From NCBI GenBank assembly GCA_937924685.1, contig CALEVN010000027.1, positions 60,205 to 124,204 on the forward strand: 64,000 nucleotides of DNA, given 5' to 3'. Positions 32,601-45,851 of this stretch are shown one piece after another. A model generated the notes under the pieces. That model was given only the letters and a program-made list of their open reading frames with translations, did not search any database and had not been told where the DNA came from. Positions within the stretch are counted from its first letter, which is position 1, and every line of letters begins with the position of its first letter. The stretch is from an uncultured Candidatus Altimarinota bacterium (GTDB lineage Bacteria; Patescibacteriota; Gracilibacteria; BD1-5; JAGOOR01). The position numbers were made by a program, and so were the translations under genes.

Positions 32601-35600
32601 GTCGATGCGGCACTCGAATCATCAACAAAAATTATTAACGATGACGCGTCTCAAGTGCAGTTGGTTGTCACAGAATTAGATGATCTCGATACAAAAAAAT
32701 CATATTTTCCAACTGATACAAACTGGGATACAATTCTCGATCAATATATACATATCAGTGGTTCATCCACACTGAAAGATGGGCATGCCATATGGATTCT
32801 TGAAGCGAAAAATAATCACCGATCACGAGTGTATATCGAATCACGTATTTATTCGAGTAAAAATATATACCTTCGTTCTGAGAAGAGTATTATCCTTGTA
32901 GGTCCAGATGTTATACCAGCAACGGTTGTCAGCTCATCTAATGTAACTTCTTCACAGACAATAGAAGCGGGCGATAAAAATGGGCTTAATCTCATACTCT
33001 GAGAAACGAATACTTCTTTTAATAAGGTTGACATAGAAATACGAGATTACATCACTGGTAAAATGTATGTTTCTCTCAAAAATATTCCTGTCACGCAAAA
33101 TAGAGTTCAAATCCTCAGCTCATCTCTTGATGCCATTATTAAACGAGCATGAAAATATACACTTTCACTTCAGTCTGGTGAGTTAGCAGGTGAGACAAAT
33201 TTTACTATTCTTCCAGCAGCTGCAGATCATATTGTAACAGAATGGCAAAGTATTTTACTGAAAGATAAAGCACAGCTATTCACAATAAAGGCGGTTGATA
33301 TATATAACAATAATATTGATATTACTAACTGGGACATGAAGATGACATCATCTCTCGCCCTGAATGTGAGCGGTTTTTCATCTTCATCTTCTCGTGAATT
33401 TCAAGGAAAAATCACTTCTGAAACGCTCAACGTGACACCTACAGAAAGCGGTAATGTGACACTCGATATCACACTTTCTTCTGGTTCTACTACGCTCAAA
33501 ACTTCTCTTTCTCGTCCTGTTCTTTCGGAGGTGAAAATTGTAGCAGATATACAGAATCGTAATTCTATTCAGGTCTGACAGGACATAGTGGTCAATCTTT
33601 CTGTACAACGTGGGGATGGTTCTATTGTGGATACTTGGGATATGCCACTCACATTTGGTATACGAGGTGGCAACGCAAAACTCACACAGACAAAAATAGT
33701 TTTTGATAAATGACGTGCCACGACTCATATCAATACTGGTACAAAATCCGCAACAGCTGAGCTCTATATACAGGATACAAGCTTTGGGGCACTCCTTGGA
33801 AATGCTTTTAGCATACTTCCTGGCGATCCTACCCAACTCTCTCTTGATGGTCCGAGTGTACTCTATGCACGAGAGAATGCTCATGATACTTTGACGCTTC
33901 AGTTGCGTGATAAATATGGTAATTTTACTGATTTGAGATCATATGCCTGGCATATAGAGACTGACCGTACAGGTATTCTCGCTCCTATACAATATCCTAC
34001 CCAAAAAACACTTTGAACTTCTGAAACGCAGTTAACGAGCCTTGGTGTACCAGGAAGGATTTTGTTTCACGTATGGCTCACAAAAGGTGGCCAAAAGACG
34101 ACCATTAATACACTCGAAAATGTTTTTCAATTGAGCGTTCTTCCAGTTATTACAAGTGATGATGCGAGTCATAATACATGGCAGACAGTAACACAGATTC
34201 TGTTGGGTGGTATATTTGGGCAAACCCCTGTTCAATGATATTTTGCATGATCTGCGCTTTTTGCCCCAGAGACAAAAATGCTCACAGTATCAACACTTAT
34301 CGATAATCCAAAAACACCAATCATCACCTTGAACCCATCAGGAAATATTGTGACAGGATCTATCAAATATGGTACTGGCATGGGAGTTAGAATTGAAAGC
34401 TTTCTTGATAATAAGCTTTCATTGGTGGTCTACGATAATCGTCTGGGCGATCTCGTACATATTACTTATCCACAGATACGTTCTGACATTTCGACTACAT
34501 TATGCTCGAAACCTGAAACTGATATCTCCTGTGATCATGACACTCTCGCATTTCTCCCAATAGCTCAGAATACAACTGTAAAAGACGGTGTTGTGTATCA
34601 GAATAATCAATCGCTTTTCGCAGTCCGTGACATATTCAACCTTCCTAACCTTCGATTTACTTTTGTTGAACAAACAGGTTCTTCTCTACAATTTTCTGTT
34701 ACCAAAGATTCCACAACTCTCGGAATTCTCGCACTTCGATGGAAATCCAGAACGCCTTCTGATTCTTCTGACGCAAATACATACAGCCTCTCTATGATGA
34801 CCTCTGGTCTTGAGGCGAAGATGAATTGGAATCAGACAAGCTCGTATGATACCCCCGGTATGGTTGTCTATAATAGAGATGAATCAACTTCATATGTATG
34901 AGGAGCTAATGAAGAATGATTCTCTGCTTATCCTAATAAAGAATGACTGGGTTGGACTGGTGAAAATACCTCACTCCTTCAATTTGCGTCTGGCCAAGAA
35001 TGGTCATCTGCAATGAAGGATACAGCTGATTATCTGACGATCAATCTCGGTGATCCTGTTATAAAGCTCCCTGCTTATAACGTGAATTCGGTTACTGGTT
35101 TTGATCAAACAATAGGTGAGCCTGTCTATATGGGCACTACACCTATTTCTGACATGACATTCCGTGATATAAATAGTGATGGAGCAAAAGACTTGATAGC
35201 TTTTCATGATGATGGTACAGTTGGTACTCGTTTGGAGAGGGGAGATGGTACCTCTATTGATGTTGGTGATTTGTTATCTGTTTCAAATGCTAAAGAGGGG
35301 ATGATTCGTTCATGAGACTTTGTTGGCGACGGGTATTCTGATATTGTTTATGTTGATAATGATGGCGTCTTGAGACTTGTTGTACATACCCAAGATGGCC
35401 CAACTGAGCAGACTATCAAGTATGATACAAATCCTGTTTTGTGATCTATAGAAGAATTAGAAGTCTTTGATATGGATCATGATGGTATCGATGATATCAT
35501 TGTTATGGATAGTCTCGGTTCTCTCTATATATTTTATGGAAAACAGACTGGTGTATTCACACTTCAGTTTATAGAAAATGTGTATGATTTTGTACTTGGA

Positions 35601-38600
35601 TCTAATCCTAAAACTTCTTACTTTACTGGTGCCGTACGCTACGATGGTCCATGATACAAGGATCCTCAAAATATCTCAAAGAGCCAAGACCTCCAGACGC
35701 TCTCTAAGCAGGCTATCATCGAACAGACCCTATTCACTGATATAAGACTTCCAAAAACCACAACAACTGTAACTCCAACTGTCTCCGCAGGAACCAATGT
35801 TTATAATACGCTTAATAATGATGCAAATTGATTTTTGCGTATGTATGATGGTGATGCTACTGCGTTGTGAAATAGTCTTAAAAATGGTTTTGATCAGCTC
35901 CAAAATAATAGTAATGGTTCTCTCAATATCGTTGGCGCAAGTGATAATTATGATACTTTTGCTTTACTTCGAGCACCTTTTATCAATCCAAAAAACTTAC
36001 TTGTTACGAAAAAATATACTTCTCTAGAATCGGGAGATAAGCTTATTTCTGGATCTCCAATAGAGATTACTCTTGAGCTCAAAAATACTTCATCAACTTC
36101 TCTCTCAAATCTGATCGTTCAGGAAAAGATCCCTTCTTTTCTAGAAGTGTCAGATATGAAGTATGATATTTTTCAAGGTACTGTGCAGAATGTCGGTACA
36201 TTTATAGATGGAGGGGATTCACTTATCGCTGACTTAAGGGGTAAAGCTCTCGCACCATGACAGTCTTTTAGAATTGTATACAGAAGTACACTTCGATCGT
36301 TTTCATTTGGTAAGTTTGATGTGGGCTATCTCGAAGATAAAAATGATCCAAATAATAATACCAGTATTCAAAAAGATGCTATCAAAACTATTGATCCAAC
36401 AGCTTCTCGTCTTTCATCTATTCCAGAAAAAGATTTTTACGGACACGATGTTTATGGCGATATACGATTTAATCCAAATGAAACATGTGGAGGGCCGCTG
36501 CTTCTCTGGCGATCGCACAATACATATAGTCGTACGTATCATAAGACGCTTATAGTTCGTGATCTCAAAGATCCCGATAAAGCTGCACTGGCTGCTAATA
36601 AAAATTCTGTTAATGCTCTTAACGCAAAGAGTACATGATCGACATCTACAGGTACTGCATGATCTACTACTCCGAGCACTTCCGATCTGGCTGCAAATGC
36701 TAGTTCTGATCTGGCAACTTGGCAGGCCGACGGAGATAAAGATGGTATACCAGATAGGGGCGATGATGATAGCGGTGATGTATTTGAAGTAAATACTTCT
36801 GGTAATCGTACACAGATAAGTGTAAGTCTAGGTAAGATTGATGATGTTCTTGATCAGATTATCGATGGGGTAAAAGAATTCTTATCATGATTGAGTTGTG
36901 GTTTTGGTGATGCGGGCTGTATATCTATGCCTATTAACTGGGCTGCTAATATTCCAGGAAACACCATTACAGCACTTGGCTTTGCTCTTCCTTGAGCGAA
37001 TCAACCTCCAATTGCTTGTTATGATGATGTTCGTTGTTGATATCCTATTTTCTCAACGCCTACTATATCATGTGCTGCGTGTGAATATGAATGTGCAGAA
37101 TGGCCTCCATGTTCGGAAGGAGCAGGTGGATGATTCGATTACTATGGTGGAAGTGTTGGTACCAATTACGCTCCCCCTGGTTACTATATGCCGGGAGAAG
37201 GTATAAGCACATTCCGCATATTTATTTGAGCAACACTTACTGGTGCCTTGGCTGAGGTGATGTGTTTTGGCGAGAATAATGCTATATGAAATCTTCCAGG
37301 AATGTTCCCAATTAATTTTGATGGAAATTGTATTTTTGCCACTCAGCCCCTGACTCAATGTAGTGATGATGGATCGAGTGATGATCCTCTGGTGACAGAG
37401 TCTGATATTTCTTCTGAGATCAATGATGACAATAGCGGTGATGATGGCAGTGGGGATGGTAGTAATGCTAGTTTCACAAATGCGGATAGCTGTGGTTTTT
37501 ATGATCCTATCAATAGTTATCCACTTGACCTCTCTGCTTCTGCGAGTCAGTATCTCTCTCAGTCCAATGATACTAATGCAAGCAATCTTGAAGCCGCTAT
37601 CTCTAACTATAGTGATATTATTGCCAATCCAGAAGCTTCTACAGATAGCGGACTCTACTTCTCTACATCATCACCTGATACGAGCTATTCTCGTCTCAAT
37701 GGTATACGAGGACTTTCTTTTAATAGTACTGGTTCTGGTACAGGCATGATTCAGTTGTCTCTCAGTGCGACGGATTTAAATCTCCGTAACTTCGGTAAAG
37801 TACTTGATATCAACCTCCGAAGTATTAAAGCTTTCCCAAACTTTATCATGGATTGGTATCACCGTCAGATGGATGAAATTATGGCTAGTATCGGGCATCT
37901 ACCAGATATCAAAATATTCCTTCCAGATCTTTCTTCTCTTGCCGATTCAGGGTGGATGTGATCTTTCGGTTCTGATTTAAAGAATGCAGCTACTAATGGT
38001 TCTTCTCGAGCAACGGCTACTACCTCAGGAACTACTACCTCAGGAACTACTACCTCAGGAACTACTACCTCTAATCAAAGCACGTTAAAAACTGCGAGCA
38101 ATACTATTCGAAATGGATGGAATAGTACATTCTGATTTATCAGCAGTGGCTTTAGTACTGTCGGTAATACTGTAACGAAGGGGCTTGGTTATGTCGACAA
38201 TGCTAAAAATCAGGCGACATCTTTTGTAAAAGAAAAAACTACGGGTATCCAAAATGCATTTGAGTACATCGGCACTCTTCCAATTATTGATGTACATCCA
38301 CAGACTATTAACTTTGAGATTCCATGGGTTGGCAAACAAGAAGCTCAAGCATGGCTTGTCCGAAATCAAGCCGTGCTCGATGCGTGGAAAAATCTCCCTA
38401 AAAATGCTGTTAATAGTGTCAATACAGGGCCTCTGATTAGTAGTATTCAGACAAATATAGAGATCGTCAGGAGTTACATGGATCTTCCAGAAAAACTTCA
38501 AAATCTCTTCTACATAAAAGAGAAAATTCTCTATGGTGTCATACAAAATATTCAAGCAGTTCAGAATCTCATGGGTTGATGGCTCTACAATAATGGGCTT

Positions 38601-41600
38601 CGATTCAAGGCATGGGTCGAGGTATACATTCTTGTGACAAAACTCTGGGATTTGTGGCAGGTATTGGTCGATGTTTTCAATGATTACGAAGCAGAGTGCG
38701 GAGTATGTCGTAACGAACGATGGAATCTCCAGCACTGGTTATGGATAATTATCTCGATGATTATTCCGCCAATTCCAGTTATTCAAATGCCTCGATGGCC
38801 TGATATAGAACTCGATTTTTCTGATATAGATCTCTCGCTCGATATCGCTTATCCGGTCTTTAATTTGTCATTCTATCCAATTAGTCTTCCAGATGCACCA
38901 GTACCAACCATCAGCTGATTCAATGTAAGCCCAATGCCACTCTTGCCACGCCTTCCAGACCTCAATATCGACATAACTATACCAGTGATACAGCTTCCAA
39001 AGCTTCCTGATCTCCCACCTCCACCAAAGATTCCTGAGCTCTCCCAGGTTATTACTATTGTGCTAAAAATCTTTAAGCTCATTGTGCTTATCATGTGTCT
39101 GTATAGAAAAATTCCTCTTTCTCCAGAGTGGTTTGTCGGAACAAAAGTTGCTCATAAGACAGAGCGACAAGGATATCTGCCTTTTGATTTTCTTGATTAT
39201 GGACTACCAACTGTATCTATGGAATGGATAGATGCTATACGTGTCTCTACACATGTGAAACTCAAATACAATATTGACTACATAACTGATGCTATCAAGT
39301 CTGTTCTTGAACCATTTAATAATTTCCCACGAAATCTCTATCGATCTTCTAGTTCTAATTCTTCGAGCGTTAATATCGATATAAAACCAGATACGGGTGT
39401 TCAAGTGAAGAGCACTGCGGATATTTCTGAGCTACCAGACCTCATAGCGTCATTATATAATCCAGATATTGCGCCTTCTGTATCGATTGATATCGCTTCA
39501 GAAAAACTCGGAAATATGGTTTCATCTATGGATATTTCACCAGCAAGAAAGAATCAATTCTTAGCTCTTCTCAAAAATGATAGAGTAGATATGCCAAATA
39601 ATGATGTACAGCAAAAATTCGAAAATCGATTTAATACTATTCATGGCGCTCTCGCAAAAGATATCGAAGAAAATCACGCTATTATAAAGGATATAGCTCT
39701 CTGGAAAGAGGGTGAAAAGAGGCCTGAAGATATAGCATTCATCAAGCAATGATTGCCAAATGTTGCTCATTTAACTGAAGCTAGTTCATCTCCATGATCA
39801 CACTTCCTCTCACTTCGGGCTGATGTGCTTAATCCTCTTGCAAATGTAGTTCAGGATGTTGTTCATCCTATTATCCCTGCTGTTGCAGTGTCTCCTACGC
39901 CAGATATTGTTCCTACTCCAGGCACTGGAAATACTTTTTCAGATAAGGCACCAGATGTATCTGCGACGACCCGCACAAGATGACTCTATGTCACTCAGGG
40001 TACTACGACACAGAGACTCATAGACTACACTGAGGCTCTCGATGGTAAAACAAAAATATACGCAATAGACGATGACAGGGATGGAGACCAGGATGTCTAC
40101 TACTCACTCGGAGATAAGATATATAGAAAAGAAAATCATCTCAAATCACCATCAAAATACTATATTTCTGATGCTCCAAAAATATACAATGTAGCTGATA
40201 TATATAGTGACTTTTTCTGAACAAAAACACAAAGTATAGAACAGATTCCGTATGATGGACAAGTCCATATATCGCAAGGTAATTCGTATGGACGTATAGA
40301 CCTCCGTTTTCTCACAAGATGAGATACGAATCATCTCAGGCTTTTCTTATTTAATTCTCTCCTAAAAAGAAATAAGACAGATGCGCAATCTGTGTTCGAT
40401 ATTTTCCCAAAGAGTACCACGGACAGCAGTAAAAACTCTATACAAACGGTTCCTCATATTATCAGTACTGAATGAAAAACTACTCTTAAAAATAATTCAC
40501 TGTATCGTACTCTTCTTCCGGGTAAAAAATATATAGATGCAGATGGAAAAATACTAAATCTGTCTGATGATTTTGTCATACGAAGTGCACAATCATGATA
40601 TACAAAAGAGACTTCTACAATCCGTGTATCCAAAAATGGTATATCAAAAAACTATGTTCTCCAGGCTGGTCAGCGTATTATTTTTGCTGAAGATAGTAAT
40701 GTGACCGTGATTCGATGATCTCTCTTGCTGTTTGGTTCAAGTACTCATACTCAGTCAATTGATGTCAGTGATCGAGGCATGCCTCTCTTGCCGGGCGATG
40801 AGATAGAAACAGGTGATAATGGTCAGGTGACCTTATGATTCCCAGATGGCACGCAAACTGTTTTGACTCAGCATCAACACTGGTCATCAAGTGAGTATAC
40901 ACCGTGAGTCTGAATCCAAAATATATCTCTCTGAGTTGATCCTCATTGGTATTATGCTTCTCTCGAAGATGCTCGTAGTGGAGAGGATATACGTATGCCA
41001 CAACATACTATCTTTGATGCCTATACCAGACTATCTGACGGTGCTATTGTTGCTCAAATTCCGAGAGAGATATCTCTCGATATAGATAGACCAACTGAGG
41101 TTGATTTTCAACAATATTTCCCGACTGATACTATTTCACAGGTGGAGATTTTTAGACTTCCAAGTTCTGAGTGGAGAAGGGTAGATAATACCAAAATTAC
41201 TTTTGAAATGCAAAAGCAGAAAACCGATATATTAGTCCGTGTCACCAGCAATGGATTTGTTCGTGATTATACAACGAGTCTTGTTGCAAAAATTCCAAAA
41301 CTTGCTATCGATAGCATCGATATAAACAATACTGTTCAGGGTACTCTCTCTGATGCGATCACTTCTCCAATCGGTATACAATCGTTCATTTGAGATAGAA
41401 GTTGGACGCTGAATTCGTGAGCATCAGTAAAAAATACTTCTTTCTCTGCGTCTTTTGGTAATGTACTCCCATCTTTTGATATATCGAATGGCACAACAAA
41501 TCTGGTAAATATAAACCGTTCTACAGGTGGTCTTACCTTGAATCCTGGTGTGAGTATTGTTCCTAATATTATACTTGGTAAGAATATGGGAATTATCCTG

Positions 41601-41957
41601 TCTGATTCACAAAAACAACGCTTACAAATGAGCTATGCCTTTAATAAAGTGAATTACTCTCAGGTTTCGTGAGTGACTGATATCGTGAGTCCATGAATAT
41701 ATATTGTTGGCTCTAATATGCACATGGAACCATCAGCTCTTCTCGATAAAAATCTGGTAGGAGGTGTGTATATAGTAGACACATCATATCGACCACTTCT
41801 TGCTCTCGACGCGAACTGAGTTGTCAGGTATCTCGATACAAATATTCGATGGTCTGCTGTTTCAGACTCTAATAATATCATATTCACACTCAAAACGATC
41901 AATAATAGTGAACTTGGTAAAATCATTCTTCGAGGAGATATGATTACTACCTGGTAG
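29613..41957 (+). CDS. giant (4,114 codon) surface protein: N-terminal signal/anchor, FG-GAP/VCBS-like repeats, DUF11-like domain, TSP3-like Ca-binding motif, Cys-rich module, internal hydrophobic pair
   Basis: Fifteen track ORFs from 29613 to 40995 are all in frame 0 and each ends in TGA. I hand-translated every gap larger than 20 nt (30309-30420, 30960-31290, 32211-32334, 33000-33336, 33576-34278, 34899-35013, 35313-35472, 35652-36321, 36636-37302, 37959-38373, 39750-40995, 41391-41957). There is no TAA/TAG until TAG 41955. The start is TTG 29613 or GTG 29622. Confidence 0.8.
38019..38072 (+). repeat. 15-bp tandem repeat, about 3.5 copies, encoding (TTSGT)n inside the giant ORF
   Basis: actacctcaggaact repeated; translates as ATTSGTTTSGTTTSGTTTS. 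Confidence 0.85.
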
Positions 41958-41969
41958 TTAAAAGAGGTA

Positions 41970-44900
41970 TTATACGTTGGCCGCGATTTTCCTTTTTGTA
42001 TCTATCCTCTGGTCTCAGATATCAAGCCAAACATGGTATTCTCCTGGTGTGCATTTTTCGAGAATATTTTTGATATCCATGAGAACTTCTTTTGCAGTTC
42101 CGAGTGATAGTTTTAGAGTTATATTTTTTTCTTCTATTATGCAGTTATATTTGTTTTGGAGGGAAGGGAAGAGTTGTACGCTATTTTCTTCATCACCAAA
42201 TATGCCTTCGTTTTGCGCAGCTGTTCTGAGATCTGATATCGTCGACCTCTTTACCTGGTCTGCTTCGATAGATATTTCCTTCATTTCTACTTTACAGTTG
42301 AGCCGCCCTTTTACCAGGACTATTTCTCATTCCTTGAAGAGATGTGCGACTTGATTGTATGTTTTTGGAAATACGATAGCGGTGAATTTCCAACCTGTAC
42401 TCGAACACATAACAATGAGCATATTTTCACCTTTTTTTGTTTGAATTTTTCTTATGCTATCAACATAGCCTATGACTTGTACTATGGGCTTTTCTTGCTT
42501 TTCTTTTTTCACCTCTTCTTCGATTGGTGGAGTATCAGAAGTGTCTTTTTCCTCTGCTGAGTTTACCTCGCCATTATCATTCACTTCTGCATCGAGCATT
42601 GGTTCTTCTGTGATTGTTTCTTCCAGTGTTTTTAGGAATTCTTGTACCTTTGCGAGGCCGAGAGATTTTCTCTCTATATAACGCTTGAGTCCATCGAGGG
42701 GGTCACCAGAGATGCTCATACCGATAGCATTTCTCTCTTCTCGGATTTTCTCTTCAAATGTTAAGGGTTGTCCATCTTGGAGTATGAGTCATCCACCATT
42801 ATTTCATGATCCGCCGAGATCAAACATGTCCATCTGTTTTGTACTTGTTTTATGTTCTACTTCACGAAGATATCATGCCATTCGCTCCATATTAGCAAGC
42901 ATGTGGCCACGTTCTCCGAGTGTATCCATCGCTCCACTTTTTATGAGTGCATCGAGCGTTTTTTTATTGATGACGTCAGATCAAGTTCTTTGTACGAAGT
43001 CTTCGAGAGATGTATAGGGTTTCTCTTCACGCCCTGCTAATATTGTTCCGATGGGCCCATCACCAACTCATTTAATTGCTTTGAGTCCGAAACGAATTTT
43101 ACCATTATCAATATAGGTAAAATGTCTGCGAGATTCATTCACATCAGGGACGAGTACTTGGATATTTTTTGCTTTTGCTTCATTAATTTCGAGGACTATA
43201 CGATCTGTATCATCTTCGTCTGATACCATGAGAGCAGTGAGAAATTCGGTAGGGTAGTAGGCCTTGAGGTAGGCAGTTTGATACGCAATCATCGAATAAC
43301 ATGCGGCGTGTGATTTATTGAAACCATAACCTGCAAATGGTTCGATAATATCTGTAAAGATATATGTCGCGAGCTTTTCACTATGTCCCAGTTTTGTCGC
43401 TGCTTCGATAAATTTTCCTTTTTGTTCGTCCATCAGTTCCTTGATTTTTTTACCCATAGCACGGCGGAGAATATCAGCTTCACCAAGAGAAAATCCTGCG
43501 AAGGCTTGGACGATCTGCATGATCTGCTCTTGATAGACAGCGATACCTTGCGTGAGCTGGAGAATTTGCGCGAGAGATTCGTGTGGATATTTTACTTTTT
43601 CTCGACCGTGTTTTCGTTTGATATATGTCGGGATGTAGAGCATCGGTCCTGGTCGGTACAGTGATACCATAACGATGATATCTTCAAAGTTATTTGGTAC
43701 GAGCTCCTGGAGGTAGCGGCGCATACCAGCGGATTCAAATTGAAAAATACCAGTCGTATCACCCTTGGCAAAGACATCAAAGACCTTTTGATCGTCCATC
43801 GGGAGTTTATTGATGTCGATTTTTATACCATGATTATTCTCGATAATTCGGAGTGCTCGGTCGATGATGGTGAGATTTCGGAGACCCAAGAAGTCCATTT
43901 TCAAAAGTCCTAATCCATCGAGAGGGTAGGCAGAGAATTGTGTCACGATGGCAGTATCATCTTTTGGCGGATGCTGAAGTGGACAAAAGTCTGTCATCGG
44001 ACTCGGCGCGATGATAACAGCACAGGCATGGACACCGAGTTGTCGTACAGTTCCTTCGAGTTTCTGAGCATTCGTGATGAGCTTATTATGAAGAGGATTA
44101 TTCTCGATGGTTCTTTTCAGGTCTGGATTTTCTTTGATAGCATCTTCGATAGTGATACCTGGTCGTGCAGGGATAAGCTTCGCAAATTGATTCATCTCTG
44201 CAAAAGGAATACCGAGGGCACGTCCGACATCCTTCACCGCAGCACGAGCGGCGAGTGTACCGAATGTACAAATCTGTCCGACCTGATCATGTCCGTATTT
44301 TTCACGGACGTATTCGATGACACGTCCTCGTCCTTCATCAGAGAAATCGATATCGATATCAGGCATGGAGACACGAGCAGGATTTAAGAATCGTTCAAAG
44401 AGGAGCTGATAGCGGAGAGGATCGATATTGGTGATACCAGAGAGATAGGCGATGATAGCTCCAGCAGCTGATCAGCGTCCAGGTCCAACAGGGATATCGT
44501 GCTCACGTGCCCATCGAATAAAGTCTGCGACGATGACGAAATATCCATCGAATCCCATGAGGTGGACGACAGCCAACTCGTATTCGAGACGATCAAATAT
44601 AGCTCTTTGTTCTTCTCAAAAATTATTATATATATTGTCTTTTTTTGCATTTCTCCATGTTTTTGGAAGTTCGATGAGATCTGCGGGGGAGAGTTCTTTG
44701 AGAGTCGGTATATCTGCTTTTATTTCTTTATGGACGCATTCGATGATTTCTTCATTGGACAGAGTGAAACCATATCTTGCATTGAGTCCTTCGAAACAAG
44801 TCCATCGCAGGAGCCATTCTTGGTCTGTGAGTGTCTCAAAATCTCATGGATATGACTGTTTATACGTTTCTTTTCTGATTTTTTCCTTTTCATTCAGAGC

Positions 44901-45758
44901 ATAGGTTGGTAAGAGAGGTTTCCCGTGAGGAATTTCTATATCTATCATGTCTGCTATTTTCAGTGTGTTTTCACATGCTTCTGGTGCATAAGCAAAGAGT
45001 TCACGCATTTCTTCTGCGGGTCTCAGGGCATAGTTTCCATCAATGAGTGTTTTTCTGTCGGGGTCATCGAGTCTTCGACCGCTTCCTATACACGAGAGAA
45101 AATCTTGTGCTTCCGCATCTTCGATACGTGCATAGTGTACATCATTTGTTCCTACGAGTGGTACACCAGAGAGCTTGCTGAGTTCGACGAGTTTTTGATT
45201 ATAAGCGCCCTGGGATCATCTGTCTGGGTGTTCTCCGATTTCGAGATAGTAATTATCTTTTCCAAAGACTGATTCATAATATCTGATACGTTCAAGGAGA
45301 AAGGCATTGTCTTTCCCAGAAACGACATTTTGAGCAAGTTCACTCGTGAGGTCACCGGAGAGTGCGATAATATCAGATGAGAACTTTTCTAGCGTAGGGA
45401 AGTCGAGTTGAGGTTTACTTCCGACGTTGCCATCGAGATATGCTCGTGTAGTGAGTTGTATGAGATTTTTGTAACCGTTGAAGTTTTTTGCAAGCAATAT
45501 GAGGCTGTACACTTTTGCGTCACGTGAATCGTATTTTTGCCCTTGTTCACAGATAAAAACTTCTACACCGATAATGGGTTTAATTCACTTTTTCTTACAC
45601 AGAAGATAAAATTCAAAAGCTCCATGAAGATTATCTGTATCAGTAATAGCAAGCGCCGGCATACCAAGTTCTTTTGCTCGTACGACAAACGCCTCAGGAT
45701 CGCCGAGACCCTGAAGAAATGAGTAGTGTGTATGGAGATGGAGATGGACAAAAGACAC
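41970..45758 (-). CDS. dnaE: DNA polymerase III alpha subunit
   Basis: GTG 45758. PHP domain: [15 protein letters not shown]...[17 protein letters not shown]...K-G-IKPIIG. GP-G-R-G-SAAG region, [50 protein letters not shown]. Fragments 45216..45512, 43068..44366, 42327..42719 and 42015..42284 share one frame. 12 TGAs in 1,262 codons. TAA at 41970. Confidence 0.93.
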
Positions 45759-45764
45759 CCACAG

Positions 45765-45792
45765 ACTCTATAAAAAAACCCATGAATTGCAA
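45765..45792 (-). promoter_or_regulatory. putative dnaE promoter, near-leaderless
   Basis: On the minus strand: TTGCAA (45792..87), 16-nt spacer, TAGAGT (45770..65), 6 nt, then GTG 45758. Confidence 0.45.
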
Positions 45793-45815
45793 CTCTTCGT
45801 CGCTTTTTATATGGA

Positions 45816-45844
45816 GATTGTACAAACCAAAAATCTCCTATAAT
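45816..45844 (+). promoter_or_regulatory. putative rpe promoter, near-leaderless
   Basis: TATAAT (45839..44) lies 7 nt before ATG 45852. The -35 is weak: TTGTAC at 45818 gives only a 15-nt spacer, and GATTGT at 45816 gives 17. Confidence 0.45.
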
Positions 45845-45851
45845 TCTTGGT

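Noticed and set aside
44384-44650. Track ORFs 44384..44650(-) and 45152..45355(-) could be separate small genes within the dnaE region.
   Set aside because: They are out of frame with the continuous dnaE reading frame, which carries all the conserved Pol III alpha motifs across the same coordinates.
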